Source: Actinomycetota bacterium
Lineage (GTDB): Bacteria; Actinomycetota; Acidimicrobiia; Acidimicrobiales; JAHWLA01
Assembly: GCA_019347595.1 (NCBI GenBank)
Contig: JAHWLA010000002.1
Span: 1-35,343 of the forward strand
DNA: 35,343 nucleotides
Reading direction: 5' to 3'
In this document: one piece after another, positions 15,878-24,174 of the stretch
Numbering within the stretch: position 1 is the first letter of the stretch
How the letters are laid out: each line of letters opens with the position of its first letter
Notes under the pieces: model-generated
What the model was told of the DNA's origin: nothing
The model's database searches: none
Seen by the model: only the letters and a program-made list of their open reading frames with translations
Position numbers and translations under genes: made by a program

Positions 15878-17277
15878 CAGCGCCGGTCCGCCGCCTTCTT
15901 GAGCTCCTCCAAGGCGTCGCCGATGTAGTGGGCGATATCCCATACCCGGGGCACCGTCTCCCGGCACGCCACCAAGCCGAAGTTCACGTTCCCCATGTAG
16001 CTCATCACCGTGATGTTGAGCCCGGCCCCGTCGAAGATCGGCCCCATGGGGTACATGGCGATCATGCGGGCGCCCGCCGAGTAGAGCGGGAAGTTCGGCC
16101 CCGGCACGTTCGAGATCGTGAGGTTGAACAGCGGGTTGTGGCGGTCGGCGATCCGCATGTTGGAGTACAGGCGGGCGGCCCGGGCGGCCACCGCGGGAGC
16201 GGCGAACTCCGTCCAGTCGGTGAGCAGGTCGGCCCCGATGGCCTTCTCCTGGTCCTTGGCCTGCTTGGTGCCGTCTGTGATGGCGCACAGCCGCTCGACA
16301 GGGTCGGCGATGTCGCTCGCCAGCGAGACCAGCATCGACGACACCCGGTTGCCCATGGCCCCCTTCTGGTCCTCGCTACGCACCGAGATGGGGATCATCG
16401 CCACCAGCGACCGGTCGACGGGGTCGCCGTTCTCCGCCAGATAGGTGCGCAGGGCGCCCGAGCACAGGGCGAGCACCACGTCGTTGACGGTGCCGCCGAG
16501 CGTGTTCTTCACCATCTTCACGTCGTCCAGCGACACCTGGGTGTAGGCGAACCGCCGGTGCGGCGTGATGCTGGTGTTGAGCGACGTGCGGGGTGCGCTG
16601 AACGGGGCGGGCGGCGGGTTGACCCCCGGCTCCCGGTTGCGGCGCCGGAGGTTCAGCAGCATCTCGGCCGTGCGCATGGCCGACTTGGCGGCGGCCAGCG
16701 GCTGGCGGGCCAACGAGGTCATGGCGAAGGCGATGAGCTCCACGTCGGTCGGCACGCGATCGGGACTCCAGTCGTCCTCCACCGCCGGGGGCGTGGGCTC
16801 GGGCTGGAGGTCGAGCAGGTTGACGACCAGCTCGGCCCCGGACACGCCGTCGATGGCGGCGTGATGGGTCTTGTTGACGGTGGCGATCATGCCGTTCTCG
16901 AGACCCTCGACCACGTACATCTCCCACAGCGGGCGGCGGCGGTCGAGGGGCCGGGCCATGAACTCCTCGGCGAACTCGGCCAGCTCCTTGTCGCCGCCCG
17001 GCGAGGGCAGGGCCGCCCGGCGCACGTGGTAGTCGAGGTCGAAGTCGGGGTCCTCGATCCACAGCGGGTGGTGAATCTGGAACGGGACCTCCACCAGCCG
17101 ACGCCGGAAGGGCTTGAGCAACGGCAGCCGCCGGCGCACCAGCTCGCGCACCTTCTCGAATGCGTAGCCCCCCGGCACGGTGGACGGGTCGAAGACGGCC
17201 GTCAGCCCCACGTGCATGTGGTTGTTGGGCGTCTCCAGGTACAGGAACGTGGCGTCGAGGCCCGACAATCGCTGCAT
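15877..17277 (-). CDS. Wax ester synthase/diacylglycerol acyltransferase (WS/DGAT)
   Basis: Start ATG 17277 (MQRLSGLDATFLYLE). The catalytic 'HHAAIDG' (HHxxxDG) is present, along with 'NVPGPNFPLY' and 'LNITVMSY'. The longest-ORF upstream extension overlaps fpg and I rejected it. Confidence 0.9.
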   Translation of the reverse strand: MQRLSGLDATFLYLETPNNHMHVGLTAVFDPSTVPGGYAFEKVRELVRRRLPLLKPFRRRLVEVPFQIHHPLWIEDPDFDLDYHVRRAALPSPGGDKELAEFAEEFMARPLDRRRPLWEMYVVEGLENGMIATVNKTHHAAIDGVSGAELVVNLLDLQPEPTPPAVEDDWSPDRVPTDVELIAFAMTSLARQPLAAAKSAMRTAEMLLNLRRRNREPGVNPPPAPFSAPRTSLNTSITPHRRFAYTQVSLDDVKMVKNTLGGTVNDVVLALCSGALRTYLAENGDPVDRSLVAMIPISVRSEDQKGAMGNRVSSMLVSLASDIADPVERLCAITDGTKQAKDQEKAIGADLLTDWTEFAAPAVAARAARLYSNMRIADRHNPLFNLTISNVPGPNFPLYSAGARMIAMYPMGPIFDGAGLNITVMSYMGNVNFGLVACRETVPRVWDIAHYIGDALEELKKAADRR

Positions 17278-17294
17278 AGCGACCAGTCTGCCCC

Positions 17295-18155
17295 TTATTT
17301 GAGCAATCGACTCAGGCGACGGTCGGCCAGCGGCTTGCCCCCCGTCTGGCACGTCGGGCAGTACTGGAGCGACTTGGTGGCGAACGACACCTCCCGCACG
17401 GTGTCGCCGCATTCGGGGCACGCCTCGCCGGTCCGGCCGTGCACGCGCATGGCCGACTTCTTCTCCTTCTTCAGCCCGGCCGCGGCCACGCCCTCCGACC
17501 GGGCCACGGCGTCTTCGAGCACGGCGCGCAGGGCCGCGTGGAGCCGGGCCGCCTCGTCGGCGTCGAGCTTGTCGGCCTTCTTGAACGGCGACAGCTTGGC
17601 CACGTGCAAGGCCTCGTCGGAGTAGGCGTTGCCGACCCCGGCGATGACCGACTGCGTGGTGAGCGCGCCCTTCAACTGGCCGCCGTGCTCCCGCAGACGG
17701 GCCACCATGGCGTCGACGTCGAACGACGGATCGAGCGGGTCGGGGCCGAGGCGGGCGATGCCTTCCACGTCTTCGGGCGAGCGCACCACGTAGACGGCGA
17801 GCCGCTTCTCGGTGCCCGCTTCGGTGACGTCGAAGCCCGCGCCCGACGAGAGGCGCACGCGCAACGCCAACGGCCCCTTGCCCGGCTTGGGACGTCCGGC
17901 CGAGAGCACGTCGTGCCACCGCACCCAGCCGCCGCGGGCGAGGTGGAGTACCAGCCACAGCGGTTCGGCGTGGAGGAGGAGGAACTTGCCCCGCCGGCCC
18001 GCGCCGGTGACCGTGCGCCCCACCAAGGCGTCGAGGGGCGGGTCGAACGTCTTCAGCGCGGAGATGGCGGCCAGGTCGGCCCGCTCGATCTGCTGCCCCC
18101 CGGCCTGCTCGCCCAGGAAACGGGCCAGCGACTCGACCTCGGGGAGCTCGGGCAC
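17295..18155 (-). CDS. Fpg/Nei family DNA glycosylase/AP lyase
   Basis: The N-terminus 'MPELPEVE' carries the catalytic Pro2/Glu3. An H2TH region is present, and the C-terminal zinc finger reads 'CPECGDTVREVSFATKSLQYCPTCQ'. Confidence 0.9.
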   Translation of the reverse strand: MPELPEVESLARFLGEQAGGQQIERADLAAISALKTFDPPLDALVGRTVTGAGRRGKFLLLHAEPLWLVLHLARGGWVRWHDVLSAGRPKPGKGPLALRVRLSSGAGFDVTEAGTEKRLAVYVVRSPEDVEGIARLGPDPLDPSFDVDAMVARLREHGGQLKGALTTQSVIAGVGNAYSDEALHVAKLSPFKKADKLDADEAARLHAALRAVLEDAVARSEGVAAAGLKKEKKSAMRVHGRTGEACPECGDTVREVSFATKSLQYCPTCQTGGKPLADRRLSRLLK

Positions 18156-18174
18156 TGTCGCTCCGCCTGCTCGC

Positions 18175-18612
18175 CTACCGGCCGGTGGACCCGAAGCCGC
18201 CGACGTCGCGGGTGGCCGGCGGCAGCTCGTCGACGGCGACGAAGCGCGCCTCCTCCACGCGCTGGATCACCAACTGGGCGATACGGTCACCTCGCTCGAC
18301 CTTGTAGGGCTCGTTGGGGTCGGTGTTGACGAGAATCACCTTCAGCTCGTCGCGGTAGCCACAGTCGATGAGCCCGGGCGTGTTGAGGCAGGTGACGCCG
18401 TGGCGCAAGGCCAGCCCGCTGCGCGGCTGCACAAACCCGGCGTACCCGGGCGGCAGCGCGACCGCGACGCCCGTCGGCACCAGGGCCCGTCCGCCGCCCG
18501 GCTCGAGGACCACGGCTTCCCGGGCCACCAGGTCGGCGCCCGCGTCGCCCGCGTGGGCGTAGGCGGGGAGCGGGAGGTCGGGGTCGAGCCGGCGCAGCGG
18601 GACGTCGAGCAC
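18175..18612 (-). CDS. dut: dUTP diphosphatase
   Basis: The sequence reads 'AGDAGADL', '[11 protein letters not shown]', '[11 protein letters not shown]', 'GDRIAQLV' and the C-terminal 'GGFGSTG'. Confidence 0.95.
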   Translation of the reverse strand: MLDVPLRRLDPDLPLPAYAHAGDAGADLVAREAVVLEPGGGRALVPTGVAVALPPGYAGFVQPRSGLALRHGVTCLNTPGLIDCGYRDELKVILVNTDPNEPYKVERGDRIAQLVIQRVEEARFVAVDELPPATRDVGGFGSTGR

Positions 18613-18686
18613 GAGGCGAACTGTAGAGGACCGTAGGGAAAGCCCCAGATCGAGGCGGAGGGCCCTTCCACGTACGATGCCGGGCG

Positions 18687-19253
18687 ATGCTCGTCTGGAT
18701 GGACCTCGAGATGACCGGCCTGGAGCCGGGCCGCCACACGGTGGTCGAGATCGCCACGCTCGTAACCGACGACGAGTTGGAGATCGTGGCCGAGGGCCCC
18801 GATCTCGTCGTCGCCTGCGCCACCGAGCTGCTGGCCGAGATGGACGACGTCGTCCGCAACATGCACACGCGCAGCGGCCTGCTGGCCGCCATCGAGCTGG
18901 CCACGGTCAGCCTGGAGGAGGCGGGCGCCCAGACCCTGGCGTTCATCAAGGAGCATGTCCCGGAACCGCGCACCGTGCCGCTGTGCGGCAACTCCATCGG
19001 GACCGACCGCCGCTTCCTGGCCCACTTCCTGCCCGAGGTGGAGAACTACCTCCACTACCGCTCGGTGGACGTGTCGACGGTCAAGGAGCTGTGCCGGCGC
19101 TGGTACCCCGAGGTGCTGGCGGGCGCCCCCAAGAAGGCGGGCGGCCACCGGGCGCTCGACGACATCCGGGAGAGCGTGGCCGAGCTGCGCTACTACCGCG
19201 AGGCCGCCTTCAAGCCCCGCCCCACCCCGCCCGAATCCACTTCTGGTCCGTAG
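18687..19253 (+). CDS. orn: Oligoribonuclease
   Basis: The sequence reads '[11 protein letters not shown]', '[11 protein letters not shown]' and '[18 protein letters not shown]', giving the DEDDh exonuclease motifs. Confidence 0.95.
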   Translation: MLVWMDLEMTGLEPGRHTVVEIATLVTDDELEIVAEGPDLVVACATELLAEMDDVVRNMHTRSGLLAAIELATVSLEEAGAQTLAFIKEHVPEPRTVPLCGNSIGTDRRFLAHFLPEVENYLHYRSVDVSTVKELCRRWYPEVLAGAPKKAGGHRALDDIRESVAELRYYREAAFKPRPTPPESTSGP

Positions 19254-19288
19254 ATCCGGCGCCCCAGCGCCGGATCTACGGACCAGAA
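19241..19288. repeat. Palindromic repeat element, copy 2
   Basis: TTCTGGTCCGTAGATCCGGCGC-CCCA-GCGCCGGATCTACGGACCAGAA forms a perfect 22-bp stem. The orn stop codon TAG (19251..19253) lies inside the left arm. The flank AACG..GAAAGGC is shared with copy 1. Confidence 0.7.
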
Positions 19289-19301
19289 CGACGAAAGGCG
19301 G

Positions 19302-20348
19302 TCAGACGGAGTCGACGATGTCGCGGAGCTCGGCGACGGTCGCCACGGGGTCGGGGCCGACCGCTGTTGTCGTCAGTACCGTCACCCCCGCCTCCTTCAT
19401 GGCCGCCACCCGATCGCGCACGTAGCCCCGCGGGCCCACCAGCGTCATCGCCTCCAACAGGCCGTCGGGCACGGCGGCGGCGGCCTCGTCCTTCTTCCCG
19501 TCGAGGTACAGGTCCTGGATGAGCTCGGCTTCCTTCTCGTAGCCGTAGCGCTTCACCAGGTCGTTGTAGAAGTTCTTGCCGCGGGCGCCCATGCCCCCGA
19601 CGTAGAGGGCAACCATGGGACGGGCGAAGTCGCGCACGCCGTCCAGCCCCTCGCCGATGGCGACGATGCCGCCCGCCGCGATTTCCAGCGGCGGCAGCTC
19701 GGGCGACCGGTTGGCCAGCCCCTTGGCCAGCGAATCGCCCCACACGTCGCTCGCCTTCTCGGGGTGGAAGAAGATCGGCAGCCAGCCCTCGGCCACCTCG
19801 GCCGCCAGCTCGACGTTCTTGGCCCCGATGGCTGCCACGTAGATCGGGATGCGATCGCGCACGGGATGGACGATCAACTTCAGCGGCTTCCCGAGCCCCG
19901 TCCCCTGGTCGGGCGGCAAGGGGATGGTGTACGAGGGGCCGTCGTGCTCCACGCGCTCACGCCGCCACACCTGCCGGCAGATATCGACGATCTCGCGCGT
20001 CCGCCCCAACGGCCGGTCGTAGGCGACACCGTGCCACCCCTCGATCACCTGCGGGCCGGACGCTCCCAGCCCGAGCACGCACCGCCCGTCGGAGAGGTAG
20101 TCGACGCCCGCCGCCGTCATGGCGATCAGCGTCGGCGTGCGGGAGTACAGCGGGAGGATGCCGGCGCCGATCTGCACCCGCTCGGTGCGTGCTGCGATGT
20201 AGCCCATCACGCTCACGGCGTCGATCCCGTACGCCTCCGCCACCCACACCAGGTCGAGGCCCGCCTTCTCCAGCTCGACCAGTTGATCGACGGACTCCTT
20301 GATGCCGGCGGCGTACCCGATCTGCGAGGCGATGCGCATGGAGGCCAT
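19302..20348 (-). CDS. LLM-class (luciferase-like) F420-dependent oxidoreductase
   Basis: The in-frame ATG at 20348 gives 'MASMRIASQIGYAAG...LVELEKAGLDLVWVAEAYGIDAVSVMGYIAA', with 'GLGASGPQVIEGWHG'. Typical length of about 348 aa. The upstream 450 codons of the 802-aa track ORF are an antisense shadow of the MBL gene. Confidence 0.85.
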   Translation of the reverse strand: MASMRIASQIGYAAGIKESVDQLVELEKAGLDLVWVAEAYGIDAVSVMGYIAARTERVQIGAGILPLYSRTPTLIAMTAAGVDYLSDGRCVLGLGASGPQVIEGWHGVAYDRPLGRTREIVDICRQVWRRERVEHDGPSYTIPLPPDQGTGLGKPLKLIVHPVRDRIPIYVAAIGAKNVELAAEVAEGWLPIFFHPEKASDVWGDSLAKGLANRSPELPPLEIAAGGIVAIGEGLDGVRDFARPMVALYVGGMGARGKNFYNDLVKRYGYEKEAELIQDLYLDGKKDEAAAAVPDGLLEAMTLVGPRGYVRDRVAAMKEAGVTVLTTTAVGPDPVATVAELRDIVDSV

Positions 20349-20375
20349 GCCGAAGCATACGGTTCCCCGGTGCGA

Positions 20376-20717
20376 ATGGGGATGGGAGCGGCGTCGTTCG
20401 TGGTGCTCGTCGTCCTGCCGGCCGTGGGTGCGTGCGCCCGCACGCCGCAGGACAAGGCGGCCGAGGAGGCGCAGGAGGCGTGCATCGTCGCCTTGGAGCC
20501 CGTGGCGCAAGGCCGTACACCGAGTACCGAGCAGGTGTCCCGCGCCCGCGAGCACGCCGAGGCGGCCGCCGACGCCGACCAGCGGTGGATGCCGCTGCGC
20601 GCCCGATTGGAGCAGTTCGACGCGGCCGCGACGGCAGAGGCGGTCGATGCACTGACAGTGGAGTGCCGGCGGGTGAACGACATCGTCCGGGCCGAGCAGG
20701 ACCGAGGGCGCCTGTAG
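20376..20717 (+). CDS. Putative small lipoprotein (113 aa), function unknown
   Basis: The in-frame ATG at 20376 gives 'MGMGAASFVVLVVLPAVGACARTP', a signal peptide with a lipobox-like VGAC, followed by an Ala/Glu-rich helical region. It lies 12 nt upstream of the MBL gene. No homology is recognised. Confidence 0.45.
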   Translation: MGMGAASFVVLVVLPAVGACARTPQDKAAEEAQEACIVALEPVAQGRTPSTEQVSRAREHAEAAADADQRWMPLRARLEQFDAAATAEAVDALTVECRRVNDIVRAEQDRGRL

Positions 20718-20729
20718 CGTCACCCGTTC

Positions 20730-21764
20730 ATGAAGCAGGAGCAGGAGCCCGCCGGCGACGGCGTGGACGAAGTAGGCCCCGGCGTCCTCCGGGTGCAACT
20801 CCCCATCGACATGCCGGGCCTCGGCCACGTGAACACGTATGTACTTGTCGACGAGCGCGGCGCAGCCGTGATCGACCCCGGGCTCCCCGGGCGGGCCACG
20901 TGGTCGGCGCTCGCCGACCGGCTCGACAAGGCGGGCGTCGGCGTGAAGCACGTGCACACCGTCGTCGTCACCCACTCGCACCCCGACCACTACGGCACCG
21001 CGGGCAAGCTGGCCGAGGAGACGGGCGCCGACATCGTCACCCATGCCGCCTTCCGGCTGTGGTGGGCGCCCCACCCGTGCGATGTGCACGTCCACGACGT
21101 CGACCCCGACGACGATGCCGACGGTGATCCCTACGCGGGCCCGACAACGCCGTGGGGGACGCCGAACCCCCGAGCGGGGACCGGGCGTGACTGGCTCGAC
21201 GAGAGCAACTTCTCCCACCCGCGTCCCGCCCGCCGCCTGCGCGACGGCGACACCATCGAGCTGGCCGGCCGCCCGTGGGTAGCGCTCCACACGCCAGGCC
21301 ACACCCTCGACCACCTGTGCCTGGTCGACCCGGAGCACGGATTGCTCGTCTCCGGCGACCACGTGCTGCCGAGCATCACCCCGCACATCGCGGGGCTGGG
21401 CACCGGGCGCGATCCGCTCAAGTCGTTCCTCGCATCCCTGGACCGCATCGCCGACTATCCCGGCGTGGAGACGGCGCTGCCCGCCCACGGTCATCCGTTC
21501 GGCACCCTTCGCCAACGGGTGGACGACATCAAGCGCCACCACCTCGAACGGCTCGACAAGCTGCGGACGCTGCTGGCCGGTGGGGCGTCGGCGACGGTCG
21601 TGGAGCTGTCGCACGAGCTGTTCCGCGAGGCCCATTGGGGGCTCATGGCCGAGAGCGAGACGTACGCGCACCTGGAGCACCTGCGCCTGCGCGGCGACCT
21701 GGAGCGGCACGACGACACCGGGCCAGCCGCCTACCGGACCGCCGTCGGGACTAGTCCGACATGA
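20730..21764 (+). CDS. MBL-fold metallo-hydrolase
   Basis: The sequence reads 'NTYVLVDERGAAVIDPG', the zinc motif 'THSHPDHYG', 'TPGHTLDH' and 'HG' late in the protein. Confidence 0.85.
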   Translation: MKQEQEPAGDGVDEVGPGVLRVQLPIDMPGLGHVNTYVLVDERGAAVIDPGLPGRATWSALADRLDKAGVGVKHVHTVVVTHSHPDHYGTAGKLAEETGADIVTHAAFRLWWAPHPCDVHVHDVDPDDDADGDPYAGPTTPWGTPNPRAGTGRDWLDESNFSHPRPARRLRDGDTIELAGRPWVALHTPGHTLDHLCLVDPEHGLLVSGDHVLPSITPHIAGLGTGRDPLKSFLASLDRIADYPGVETALPAHGHPFGTLRQRVDDIKRHHLERLDKLRTLLAGGASATVVELSHELFREAHWGLMAESETYAHLEHLRLRGDLERHDDTGPAAYRTAVGTSPT

Positions 21765-21785
21765 CGATTTCCGAAATCGTCATGT
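21759..21785. promoter_or_regulatory. 27-nt perfect palindrome between the MBL gene and the histidine kinase gene
   Basis: ACATGACGATTTC-C-GAAATCGTCATGT has 13-nt arms and is AT-rich relative to its surroundings. It contains the MBL stop TGA (21762..21764) and ends 56 nt before the kinase ATG. Confidence 0.4.
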
Positions 21786-21840
21786 TCGTGCCGCTTCGGG
21801 TCGCGGATGATCTCCGCAGACGGAGTGTTGTGGGGGCGAT

Positions 21841-22623
21841 ATGCACAGTGAGGTCGGGACCAGGGCGCAGCAGGCAACGCGGCGGCCCGCTCGCCCGCCG
21901 GACGACCTCGACCAGCTCGTGCATCGCGCCGAAGCGGCGGAGACGCGCCTGCGCCAGCAGACGCTGCTGGTGGCCGAAGCCGAGCACAAGCTGAAGACGT
22001 CGCTCGCCGTCATCTCCGGGTGGGCGTGCACCCTCGACGATCGGTGGGAGATGCTCTCGACGGAGCAGCGACGCGAGGGCGTATCCGCGATCCGGCGCAG
22101 CGCCGACTCCCTCGCCCTCCAGGCCCGCTGCCTGTTGGAGGACGCCCGGGTGGAGATCGCCCGCCTGGAGTTCGTGTCCGTGCCGCTCGACCTGGCGGAG
22201 ATCATCGCCGTCACCACCCGCATGCACCACGGGCTGTCGCCCGTCCACCGCATCGAGGCCGACGTGGTGGGGCCGGTGCCGGTGTGCGCCGACCCGGGCG
22301 GCCTCCAGCAGATCATCGGCCACCTCATCGAGAACGCCGTGAAGTACTCCCCCGACGGCGGAGTCGTCCGGCTGCGCGCCCGCTCGACGCCGGACGGCTG
22401 TTGGGCCGAGCTGGCGGTGGTCGACGAGGGCGTCGGGCTGCCCGACGACGTCGACGTGTTCGCACCGTTCAGCCAGGGGCCGGCGCGGCACTCGGCCGGG
22501 GTCGGCCTCGGGCTCTACGTCGTCCGCAAACTGGTGGAGGGAATGGGCGGCACCGTGCGCGGCGTGCGCAATCCCGCTCGGGGCTCTACCTTCTTCGTGC
22601 TCCTCCCGGCGGTGGGCCGCTGA
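21841..22623 (+). CDS. Soluble sensor histidine kinase (DHp + catalytic domain only)
   Basis: H-box 'AEHKLKTSLAVISGW', N-box 'IIGHLIENAVKYSP', G1 'VVDEGVGLP', F 'FAPF' and G2 'GVGLGLYVVRKLVE'. There is no hydrophobic helix, and only about 60 residues precede the H-box. Confidence 0.8.
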   Translation: MHSEVGTRAQQATRRPARPPDDLDQLVHRAEAAETRLRQQTLLVAEAEHKLKTSLAVISGWACTLDDRWEMLSTEQRREGVSAIRRSADSLALQARCLLEDARVEIARLEFVSVPLDLAEIIAVTTRMHHGLSPVHRIEADVVGPVPVCADPGGLQQIIGHLIENAVKYSPDGGVVRLRARSTPDGCWAELAVVDEGVGLPDDVDVFAPFSQGPARHSAGVGLGLYVVRKLVEGMGGTVRGVRNPARGSTFFVLLPAVGR

Positions 22624-22694
22624 TCCCCCCCGGAGGCGGTCGCCCACACACCGCCGGGAGGGCACATCACGCCGTGGTTGGGTAGAAGCTGCGC

Positions 22695-23081
22695 ATGATC
22701 GACGATGCCATCAAGAAACTGGCGCAGGAACCGAACTTCGCCGCCCTCACCACGCTGCTGCCCGATGGCAGGCCGATGAGCCACATGATGTGGGTGGACG
22801 CCGACGACGAGCACATCCTCATCAACACCGAGGTGCACCGGCAGAGGTTCAAGAACGTCGAGCGGGACGCCCGGGTGGCCGTGACGATCATCAACCGCGA
22901 CAATCCCTACCAGTACGCCGAGGTGCGCGGCCGAGTCGTCGACACAACCGGCGGCGACGAGGCCCGGGCCAACATCGACGCCCTCAGCCGCAAGTACGTC
23001 GGCAACGACTACGACCCCGCCGCCATCACAACCGAGCGCGTCATCCTGCGCATCGCGCCCGATCGACAGCGCGCCTACTGA
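22695..23081 (+). CDS. PPOX-class (pyridoxamine 5'-phosphate oxidase fold) probable F420-dependent enzyme
   Basis: The product 'LAQEPNFAALTTLLPDGRPMSHMMWVDADDEHILINTEVHRQRFKNVERDARVAV...YAEVRGRV' is typical of the about 130-aa actinobacterial family. Confidence 0.85.
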   Translation: MIDDAIKKLAQEPNFAALTTLLPDGRPMSHMMWVDADDEHILINTEVHRQRFKNVERDARVAVTIINRDNPYQYAEVRGRVVDTTGGDEARANIDALSRKYVGNDYDPAAITTERVILRIAPDRQRAY

Positions 23082-23085
23082 CCCC

Positions 23086-24138
23086 TTGGGCGAGCTCGCC
23101 ACCTACCGCTCGATGCGGGACTTCTCCCGCACGCCGGAGCCGTCCGGTGGGCGGGAGGAGCGTGGCGCCGACGAGGAGGACGGGCGCTTCGTGGTGCAGG
23201 AGCACCATGCCACCGCGCTCCACTGGGACGTGCGCTTCGAGCGCGACGGCGTCCTCGTGTCGTGGGCCATCCCCAAGGGGATTCCGCCCGATCCCCGCGA
23301 CGACCACCTGGCCGTGCACACCGAGGACCACCCGATGTCGTACATCGACTTCGAGGGCGAGATCCCCGAGGGCGAGTACGGCGGAGGCGTGGTCCACCTG
23401 TGGGACACAGGCACGTACCGGTGCGAGAAGTGGAACGACCGCGAGGTGATCGTCGTGCTCGACGGCGAGCGGGCACGCGGCCGCTACGTGCTGTTCCAGA
23501 CCGGTGGGCGCAACTGGATGATGCACCGGATGGACCCGCCCGAGGACCCGACGCGGGAGCTCATGCCCGACCGGTTCGCTCCCGCCGCACCGACGGCGAG
23601 CCACCTCCCCCGCCACGCCGAGCAATGGGCGTTCGAGGCGGCCTGGGGCGGGTTGACCGTGATCGTGGTGGCGCAGGGCGGACGCGCCCGCGTGCACGAC
23701 GACACCGGCGACGACATCGCCGACACCTTCCCGGAGCTGAGCGCCTTCGGCCGCGCCATGGGGATCGTGGAGGCCGGCATCGAGGCGGAGCTGGTGGCCT
23801 TCGACGACGACGGCCGCCCCGACCCCGAGCTGGTCGGGCGCCGCCGCTCGCTCAAGAGCGCGTCGGCGCTCCGCCGCCACGCCGACCGCCATCCATTCAC
23901 GCTGCTGGCGTGCGACCTGGTGTGGCTGGAGGGCCACCCCACCGATGGGCTCCCGTTCGCCGACCGGCGCCGCCTGCTGGAGCGGCTGGAGATCGAGGGG
24001 CCCCGGTGGCGGACGGCGCCGTCGCATCCCGGCGACGGGCGGGCGTTGCTCGAGGCGGCGCGGGCGCAAGGGCTGCCGGGCATCCGCGCCCGCCGCCTCG
24101 ACCGGCCGTACGAACCGCCGCTTTTCATCCCCGCCTGA
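23086..24138 (+). CDS. LigD-like protein: a 3'-phosphoesterase domain fused to a degenerate, OB-less ATP-dependent ligase adenylation domain
   Basis: TTG start 4 nt after the PPOX stop. The PE domain reads 'YRSMRDFSRTPEP', 'FVVQEHHATALHWDVRFE' and 'VLVSWAIPKG...HTEDHPMSYIDFEGEIPEGEYGGG'. The ligase-like region reads 'WAFEAAWGGLT' at the motif I position, then 'EAELVAFD', 'LLACDLVWLEG' and 'GLPGIRARRLDRPYEP'. The protein ends 7 aa later. Confidence 0.75.
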   Translation: MGELATYRSMRDFSRTPEPSGGREERGADEEDGRFVVQEHHATALHWDVRFERDGVLVSWAIPKGIPPDPRDDHLAVHTEDHPMSYIDFEGEIPEGEYGGGVVHLWDTGTYRCEKWNDREVIVVLDGERARGRYVLFQTGGRNWMMHRMDPPEDPTRELMPDRFAPAAPTASHLPRHAEQWAFEAAWGGLTVIVVAQGGRARVHDDTGDDIADTFPELSAFGRAMGIVEAGIEAELVAFDDDGRPDPELVGRRRSLKSASALRRHADRHPFTLLACDLVWLEGHPTDGLPFADRRRLLERLEIEGPRWRTAPSHPGDGRALLEAARAQGLPGIRARRLDRPYEPPLFIPA

Positions 24139-24174
24139 GCCGGGGGGTGTCGTCGTCATGCTTGACTGGCGGGC

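Noticed and set aside
17278-17958. The N-terminal extension of the WS/DGAT ORF (693-aa version).
   Set aside because: The extension overlaps the fpg/nei gene out of frame and is Arg/Gly-rich. The WS/DGAT family N-terminus (MQRLSGLDATFLYLE) begins at 17277.
20349-21710. The N-terminal 450 codons of the 802-aa minus-strand ORF that contains the LLM oxidoreductase.
   Set aside because: Homology-like sequence begins only at MASMRIAS (20348). The upstream part lies antisense to the MBL hydrolase and lipoprotein ORFs and is Arg/Gly/His-rich.
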